A model generated the notes under the pieces. It was given only the letters and a program-made list of their open reading frames with translations, was not told where the DNA came from and did not search any database. From Candidatus Nanobsidianus stetteri (GTDB lineage Archaea; Nanobdellota; Nanobdellia; Nanobdellales; Nanobdellaceae), in assembly GCA_000387965.1 (NCBI GenBank), contig APJZ01000001.1, forward strand, positions 60,001 through 92,000: a stretch of 32,000 nt of DNA, in the 5' to 3' direction. Made by a program: the position numbers and the translations under genes. Positions 26,268 through 32,000 of this stretch are shown here, in pieces. Each line of letters opens with the position of its first letter. Positions within the stretch are counted from its first letter, which is position 1.

Positions 26268-26900
26268 ATGAAAAGAGAAAAAGTTATTAATTTATTGATT
26301 TTAGTCATAGCTTTTATAATTTTAGTATTAATAATAACTATCAAATCTAAAATAATAAATTATACAAATAATATTAACAACAGTCAGACATATGTATATA
26401 CAAATCCAAATAATATAACAATTGCTGGACCATATAATATTACACAACTAGAATTTATACCAATATATTCAAATACAAGTTTATATAATTCATTAAATAA
26501 TTACAAATATCAACTATTTATTTTTGATCCTACATTAAGTGGATATTATAATGCAGAAATCCTCTATATATTATTATATTTACTAAAATATAATAAAAAT
26601 TTAGTATATGCATGTTCTTTCTACTATAATGGTCCTGGATGTAAATATTTTCTAGAAAATAATAGTATAAACAATAATTATATTTTTTTATATACTTTAT
26701 ATAATAATAATGAAAATTTGACATATATTCTACCAAAAAATGAAACATTATTAATATATTTATTACCAACAAACGATTCTTATGGAATAATATTTAATAG
26801 TCAAAATAATACGGTTATTATATATAATAATGATAGTATAATTGCTGAAGAAATGGCTGAGAAATTTATATTGTATTACTATGGAATTATCAATAGTTAG
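26268..26900 (+). CDS. N-terminally anchored, Asn/Tyr-rich putative surface protein (210 aa)
   Basis: MKREKV followed by INLLILVIAFIILVLIITI. The extracytoplasmic part has about 10 N-x-S/T sequons (NITIA, NITQ, NTS, NLT, NET, NDS, NNT and others). Confidence 0.5.
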   Translation: MKREKVINLLILVIAFIILVLIITIKSKIINYTNNINNSQTYVYTNPNNITIAGPYNITQLEFIPIYSNTSLYNSLNNYKYQLFIFDPTLSGYYNAEILYILLYLLKYNKNLVYACSFYYNGPGCKYFLENNSINNNYIFLYTLYNNNENLTYILPKNETLLIYLLPTNDSYGIIFNSQNNTVIIYNNDSIIAEEMAEKFILYYYGIINS

Positions 26901-27339
26901 GGGAATATTAAATTATCAATTTGGAGATAACATTGGAAATAAAATAATTGAAAAGTATAAAGAAAAAATAAAAATTGAAAAAAGCAAAAAAACTGGGAGG
27001 ATAAGAAGAATATATATAGATGATAAATTATTTGGAACTATAGAACCAACAACAGGGTTTATTATATTAACATTTTATGGAGGATTAATAGTAAAAGAAC
27101 TATTAAAATTTCCGAAGTATAGAATTGTTGTAAAAGACGAAGCGGCAAAATTTATAAAAGAGGGAAAATCTGTATTTAATAAATTTGTTGAGAATTTGGA
27201 TGAAAATATATTGCCAAAAGATATTGTATTAATAGTAGATAAAAATGATAATTTACTAGCAATAGGAGAAAGTTTATTGTCTGGAAAAGAAATCAAAGAT
27301 TTTAAAATAGGAGTTGCTGCAAAAGTAAAAAATGTTTGA
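26881..27339 (+). CDS. stand-alone PUA-domain protein resembling the C2+PUA C-terminal module of archaeosine tRNA-guanine transglycosylase
   Basis: From MELSIVRG: ILNYQFG, SKKTGRIRRIY, IVVKDEAAKFIKEGKSVFNKFV, DIVLIVDKNDNLLAIGESLLSGKEI, GVAAKVKNV. The start is taken at ATG 26881 rather than the track start 26842. Confidence 0.65.
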   Translation: MELSIVRGILNYQFGDNIGNKIIEKYKEKIKIEKSKKTGRIRRIYIDDKLFGTIEPTTGFIILTFYGGLIVKELLKFPKYRIVVKDEAAKFIKEGKSVFNKFVENLDENILPKDIVLIVDKNDNLLAIGESLLSGKEIKDFKIGVAAKVKNV

Positions 27340-27892
27340 ATATATAATAAAAAAATATTATAGTAGATTAATAGATTATGCAAAAAGAAATAAATTATTA
27401 AGAAAAGAATTGATTTTATCTATATTTTTTATAAATATGTTAATATATTCAATACCACTATTTTTATTTAGCTATTATTATATTGTTTTACCATATAATT
27501 TTTTGATAAATTATTCAGAAATTATATCGAAGATATTATACTATTCTCATATAAATTTCACATTGGAAAATAATGTTGTATATATAAAAAATATAAGTTT
27601 TATAATTGATCAGGAATGTACAGGATTTAAATCAATATTTGGCATATTCGCTCTAATATTTTCTACTCCTATATTAAATATAAAGAAAAAAATATATTAT
27701 TTCATCATTTTTTCTCCAATATTGTTTATATTAAATATATTTAGGTTATGGTCTGTCTTTTATTTTTATTACATATTTAATATTAATCCCTATTTCTTAC
27801 ACAACTTTTTATGGGAAATATTTACAACATTGTTTTTAATTATTTTTTGGCTAATATTCTTAATAAAAAATAAAAAAGAATTATTCGTTTAA
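27332..27892 (+). CDS. exosortase/archaeosortase family protein, minimal form (186 aa)
   Basis: Polytopic. The family-type Cys motif is IIDQECTGFKSIFG (Cys96). An Arg motif LNIFRLWSVFY (Arg138) lies about 42 residues later, followed by His157 in FLHNFLWE. There is an 8-nt overlap with the PUA gene. Confidence 0.65.
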   Translation: MFEYIIKKYYSRLIDYAKRNKLLRKELILSIFFINMLIYSIPLFLFSYYYIVLPYNFLINYSEIISKILYYSHINFTLENNVVYIKNISFIIDQECTGFKSIFGIFALIFSTPILNIKKKIYYFIIFSPILFILNIFRLWSVFYFYYIFNINPYFLHNFLWEIFTTLFLIIFWLIFLIKNKKELFV

Positions 27893-28132
27893 ACTTTCTA
27901 AAATTTTCTTAATATTTTCATATAACTTCTGGCTTATTTTTTCAATATAAATTATATTATTATTTTTTATATAAAATCTTACATAATCTCCAGAATTTAA
28001 ATTATTCATATCTATAGATTTATCAAACGAATAATCTTTCCCATTTATTTCTATTATTACTTTATCCTTCATTATATTCTTTATTTTTCCATATATTATT
28101 CCCTCTTTTATATAATCAAATGATTCATACAT
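27881..28132 (-). CDS. hypothetical small protein (83 aa)
   Basis: Intact ORF and the last gene of the polC-dphB-DUF95 string. It appears beta-rich (GIIYGKIKNIMKDKVIIEINGKDYSF ... GDYVRFYIKNNNIIYIEKI). Its 3' end overlaps the convergent archaeosortase gene by 12 nt. Confidence 0.4.
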   Translation of the reverse strand: MYESFDYIKEGIIYGKIKNIMKDKVIIEINGKDYSFDKSIDMNNLNSGDYVRFYIKNNNIIYIEKISQKLYENIKKILESLNE

Positions 28133-28147
28133 AAAAAATATTTTGAT

Positions 28148-28948
28148 TTAAATAATATAAGCCTCTATTAATGCTGCTATAAATATAAATAATATGGATA
28201 AAACAAATAATGCTAAAGAATCTGAAAGTATAATTTCCAAAGTTTTTCTATCAAGGTTTTTTATAAATGCTATTGATAAAATATTACCAGCCAATGCTGC
28301 TAAGAAATATCCTAAAAATTCTAATATTCCATGTGGTAATATTTCTAATAAACTAACAGTTGGGATTAAAACAAATTTATATATAATATTATTTGAAACA
28401 TATTCTGATGCTCTTAAACCTAAAAATACTCCAATAATTGATGCATTCCATAATAATAAATATATAGATCCAGCACCAAATATTACTGAAAATGCAAAAA
28501 ATAATAATAATACTGTCATATTATTAAATAATATGTATGTAAAGAAAGTATTTGAATATATTGCATGTCCATAACTTAAGGCAATGACATGTTCCCTTAT
28601 ATCTTCTATTGCTTGTATTTGTGGATAAAATAAATTATAATTTATTAGATAACCTATATAGAATCCAATTATTGATGCAAAAAATATTATAAACGACATT
28701 ATAAAATATTCTTTATATCTAAAAAATATATTTCTCTTTGATTTTATTTTTTCAGATATTTTTTCATCTTTTTCTATTAATTTATTGTATATTTGAACAA
28801 AAGGGACCAAGGATATAGCAATTATTAATATTCCACCATATGGTCCTGATTTTAATGATAATAATGTAGAAAATACTATTATTAATATACTTAGAAAGAA
28901 CAATATAAAATAATTATACCTTATCTTTTCTATTAGGATATCATACAT
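28148..28948 (-). CDS. SpoIIM-like (DUF95) family membrane protein
   Basis: 266 aa and polytopic. The family-typical segment is LLEILPHGILEFLGYFLAALAG. Confidence 0.6.
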   Translation of the reverse strand: MYDILIEKIRYNYFILFFLSILIIVFSTLLSLKSGPYGGILIIAISLVPFVQIYNKLIEKDEKISEKIKSKRNIFFRYKEYFIMSFIIFFASIIGFYIGYLINYNLFYPQIQAIEDIREHVIALSYGHAIYSNTFFTYILFNNMTVLLLFFAFSVIFGAGSIYLLLWNASIIGVFLGLRASEYVSNNIIYKFVLIPTVSLLEILPHGILEFLGYFLAALAGNILSIAFIKNLDRKTLEIILSDSLALFVLSILFIFIAALIEAYII

Positions 28949-29670
28949 AATAAAAATTCCAACTCTATTTTATTTAAATTTGACGGTATTATAATACATA
29001 TAGGAGGATCCAAATTTATGTTTAACAATTCCTTTATTTCTTTATAATATATTTTTTCATTTTTTCTATTTAGATTAGAACATACAATTAACTTAAAATT
29101 TTCACTAAAAATTTTTTCTCTTTTATTATCTATTTCTAATAATCTTTTTATTGCCTCTTTATGATCTAAATACTTATTATTTATTGGATCTAAATCTAAT
29201 AAGACCAGAGTATGTAAATTATTTTTATAATTTCTTATAATATAGTCATAAAATTCTGTGGATTCATGAAATGATATTGAAACTGTTCTTCCAAATTTAT
29301 ATAAAAATAAGCCTATTTTTCCTATTTCATCAAATATTGATGGAGAATTTATTATTTTAAATTCTACATTATTCTTCTTACAAAGTTCAATAAAATACAT
29401 ATGAGTAGTAGCAAATAGAGGATTTCCTGATGTTATCAATATTATTTTCTTATCTCTATTATTTAATATTATCTTTTCCAATTCTAGTTCTACAAAATTT
29501 CTATCAACAATATTTATATCTTTTCTTATATTTAACAAAAATTCTTTTGTTTCTTCATCAATAAAATTTGTATAATATTCTAGAAATATTAAATCTGCAC
29601 TTTTTATTTCTTCTATTAATCCATAAGGTATTTCATCTTTATTTTGCCCCAGTCCAGATAATATAAACAT
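28933..29670 (-). CDS. dphB: diphthine synthase (Dph5/DphB)
   Basis: From MFILSGLG: tetrapyrrole-methylase-fold pattern LIFLEYYT, ILITSGNPLFATTH, INSPSIFDEIGKIGLFLYKFGRTVSI, LHTLVLLDL. The start is taken at ATG 29670, 1 nt after the polC stop; the track's 17-aa extension overlaps polC. Confidence 0.85.
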   Translation of the reverse strand: MFILSGLGQNKDEIPYGLIEEIKSADLIFLEYYTNFIDEETKEFLLNIRKDINIVDRNFVELELEKIILNNRDKKIILITSGNPLFATTHMYFIELCKKNNVEFKIINSPSIFDEIGKIGLFLYKFGRTVSISFHESTEFYDYIIRNYKNNLHTLVLLDLDPINNKYLDHKEAIKRLLEIDNKREKIFSENFKLIVCSNLNRKNEKIYYKEIKELLNINLDPPICIIIPSNLNKIELEFLLCMIS

Positions 29671-29671
29671 T

Positions 29672-32000
29672 TTATAAATTAAAGAAATCTTTAATTTGCT
29701 TTTCCTTAGATTGATTTCCAAATGTTTGATCTATTTTCATTTTCAATGCTTTTAAACTAGAACTTGTATATTCATCCAATTTCAATTTTTCAGCCAACCA
29801 TAAACTTGGTTCTAAATATTTTACAACACTACCATAATGAACTGTCATTACAATTCTCCCACCACATCTATCGCATTTTCCAGATAACGGTGGTCTTCTA
29901 AATTTCTTATTGCATTTTATACATCTAAATTCTTGTTCAGAAAACTTTCTCAAATTACCTTTAATATCTCTTGCAAAATGTAAATTTATTACCAAACTTG
30001 CAACAGTACTTGGATCTACAGATCTTAGTAATTTTGCCAATTTTAATTCAAAATTTAATTTTTCCAGCATTTCTCCCAAAGATTTATATGCAGAAACTTT
30101 ATTTCCATTTTCACTAATAGAATTTATATCATGCATAAATCCCCAATTTATATATTCTGTTGGCGTATCGATTTTTTCTTTAAATATTTGTATTTTTACA
30201 GATTCTGGAGGTTTATATTGCAATGCTGCCTCATATAATTCTAAAGGATAATTCCAAACAGTGTCAAACTTTTGTACTTCATCATCTATTTCCATTCCTT
30301 TAACCTTTATTGTAATTGTTAATGGTGCATCCATAGTTCCTCCCCTTTTATCTGGTAAATATTCCCTAGAAAAGTTTAATAGAGCATCTAATAATAATAA
30401 TATTGTTCCTTCATCCCCATCACAGTTCCTTCTAATTGCAGCATGCATCATTGGATGCATAAGTAATGCTTGAGTTCTTGAGAATCCAATTATTCTTCCA
30501 ACAGTACCTGCAGAAGTGTGGGGGGCTAAAACAATTAATAGATGACCTAAAAGATCTTCTGGTCTTTTTGCATTATAATATTTATCCATTTTATACAACC
30601 TTTCCAACTCTTCATCAATAAATTTAGCAGTATTTATTAAAGAAATTAAAAATCCATCTTTCTTTAATTTACCACCTTTCTTTAATGGACCAATTGTTGG
30701 TAATATAATATCTTGGGGTTTTAATTCTAATATTTGGTCTTCATTTTCTAATGGATTTCCATAAATATCATGAGTATATCCCAATTCTTTCAATTTTTCT
30801 ATTGGAGTATATACTAAATCTTTTGGTTTAAAATATGTAATTGGTACTTCTATAGCATCAAATCTTACTGTTCCATCCCTAAATACGAATATACCATATT
30901 TTGCCCTTAATATTCCTTTTTCTAATCTCTCTGGTTGTTTATTTCTTGAACTTAAACCTTCTGGTCCTTTTACTATTTTTGGTAATTGAGAGGGATCTAA
31001 TCCTAAGTTTTTTAATGCTGTTTCTACATATTTTGAAATCTGTATCGCATATTTTTTATGCTCTTTTCCATCTTCTGTTTTTATTAATTTTGTTTCTGAA
31101 TTACAGAATATACATTTTTTATATGGGACATATATTTTACAATTTGGACAATAATATGTTTTTAAATCTGAAACAATCTTCTGATATTTCATTGATTCTA
31201 AAAGATTTCTCATCCTTCCTCCTTCTTCTCCTACAGGAAATAAAACCATTATTGAACCCCTTAATTCTCTAATCTTTGCTTTTTCAGGTCTTCCCATTCT
31301 AACTCCAATATATGTACCGACCTTATCCCTAATAATAACTTTAGATATTTTATTAATTAATTCATATCCATTTTTTTCATTATTTAATTCGGGCACTTTT
31401 TCAAAATATCCTAATTGTATATATAATGCTGCCGAATTTGGATATTCGATTATAATCTTATTATTTTCCAATTTATGTTCAATTAATATTTCTTCCAATA
31501 TATTCTTTATTCTATCATCATATTCAAATTCTATTTTATCAGCAATTCTATAATTCTCGCCATTTATTTTAATTTCTTTATATGAAACTTTTGCCTTTTC
31601 TTTTAAATAATTTAATAAGTATATAAAGTCTTGTGAACTTATATCCTTCCAGAAATATATATATTCTGGATGTAATGGAACATTTAATAATATAGATATC
31701 TTTAATGCAGTTATAAAATCTGGTTTATTTTTTAATGGATCTCTAATATAATTTTCTAAAGTATTTTTATCAATATCTAAATATTCTGATAATTTTTCTA
31801 AATTTTTTATTTCAAATAATTTTCTTGGTTTAAACATATCAAAAACTACCTCAAATCCATTTATTTTTTCTTTTGCATTTTTTTCAAATTCCAATATCCA
31901 CCATTCCTCACAGTATCCTAATGGAACTAAAGGATGCCCATTATCTAAAAAATCTCCATATGTAAATAAAATATCACCTAAAAATAGTATTTTTTCTATC
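29672..32000 (-). CDS. polC: DNA polymerase II (PolD) large subunit DP2; the 5' end lies beyond the window
   Basis: The frame stays open upstream of the track's TTG at 31894 to the window edge (IEKILFLGDILFTYGDFLDNGHPLVPLGYCEEWWILEFEK by my translation). Downstream motifs: GVRMGRPEKA, Cys clusters YYCPNCK ... CIFCN and CIKCNKKFRRPPLSGKCDRCGG, LAPHTSAG, MHAAIRRNCDGDE. Confidence 0.92.
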   Translation of the reverse strand, partial: IEKILFLGDILFTYGDFLDNGHPLVPLGYCEEWWILEFEKNAKEKINGFEVVFDMFKPRKLFEIKNLEKLSEYLDIDKNTLENYIRDPLKNKPDFITALKISILLNVPLHPEYIYFWKDISSQDFIYLLNYLKEKAKVSYKEIKINGENYRIADKIEFEYDDRIKNILEEILIEHKLENNKIIIEYPNSAALYIQLGYFEKVPELNNEKNGYELINKISKVIIRDKVGTYIGVRMGRPEKAKIRELRGSIMVLFPVGEEGGRMRNLLESMKYQKIVSDLKTYYCPNCKIYVPYKKCIFCNSETKLIKTEDGKEHKKYAIQISKYVETALKNLGLDPSQLPKIVKGPEGLSSRNKQPERLEKGILRAKYGIFVFRDGTVRFDAIEVPITYFKPKDLVYTPIEKLKELGYTHDIYGNPLENEDQILELKPQDIILPTIGPLKKGGKLKKDGFLISLINTAKFIDEELERLYKMDKYYNAKRPEDLLGHLLIVLAPHTSAGTVGRIIGFSRTQALLMHPMMHAAIRRNCDGDEGTILLLLDALLNFSREYLPDKRGGTMDAPLTITIKVKGMEIDDEVQKFDTVWNYPLELYEAALQYKPPESVKIQIFKEKIDTPTEYINWGFMHDINSISENGNKVSAYKSLGEMLEKLNFELKLAKLLRSVDPSTVASLVINLHFARDIKGNLRKFSEQEFRCIKCNKKFRRPPLSGKCDRCGGRIVMTVHYGSVVKYLEPSLWLAEKLKLDEYTSSSLKALKMKIDQTFGNQSKEKQIKDFFNL

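Noticed and set aside
1-32000. CRISPR arrays, IS elements, integrases, prophage or plasmid modules
   Set aside because: I found no repeat-spacer periodicity, no terminal inverted repeats flanking an ORF, and no transposase, integrase or Cas-like motifs in any ORF. The tRNA-Ser gene has no duplicated 3' half nearby that would suggest an integration site.
29672-32000. Intein or split-gene junction in PolD DP2
   Set aside because: The visible 776 codons read through continuously with DP2 motifs in the expected order. There are no intein splice-junction blocks or homing-endonuclease motifs.

Overview
Very AT-rich, extremely gene-dense archaeal chromosome segment. I count about 35 protein genes and one tRNA in 32 kb, with many 1-23 nt gene overlaps and divergent spacers of only 50-60 bp. 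GC content was judged by eye, not computed. Archaeal identity is supported directly by the encoded proteins: group II chaperonin (thermosome), PolD large subunit DP2, Cbf5, archaeal-type uS13/uS4, Mre11/Rad50, HerA, diphthine synthase and a Fap7-like kinase. The single RNA gene is an intron-less tRNA-Ser(UGA) whose stems are almost pure G:C. Against this AT-rich background that suggests a thermophile. Together with the scrambled ribosomal-protein cluster, this fits a small-genome DPANN/Nanoarchaeota-like archaeon; that lineage call is inference only. I saw no CRISPR array, rRNA, transposase or integrase. Items worth follow-up: (1) a type IV filament module (ArlI/PilB-type ATPase, three pilin-like proteins, a coiled-coil protein) with no adjacent platform protein or prepilin peptidase; (2) a minimal 186-aa archaeosortase-family protein in an overlapping three-gene string with an Asn-rich surface protein and a stand-alone ArcTGT-type PUA module; (3) an mre11-rad50 operon lacking herA/nurA but translationally coupled to an unknown 154-aa gene, while herA sits 8 kb away overlapping its own unknown 102-aa ORF; (4) a prephenate dehydratase gene with no canonical in-frame start, where an ATG in another frame needs a -1 shift; (5) a 465-bp spacer carrying five BRE/TATA-like motif copies next to cbf5; (6) a consistent leaderless promoter geometry, with the TATA centre about 26 nt upstream of the ATG.
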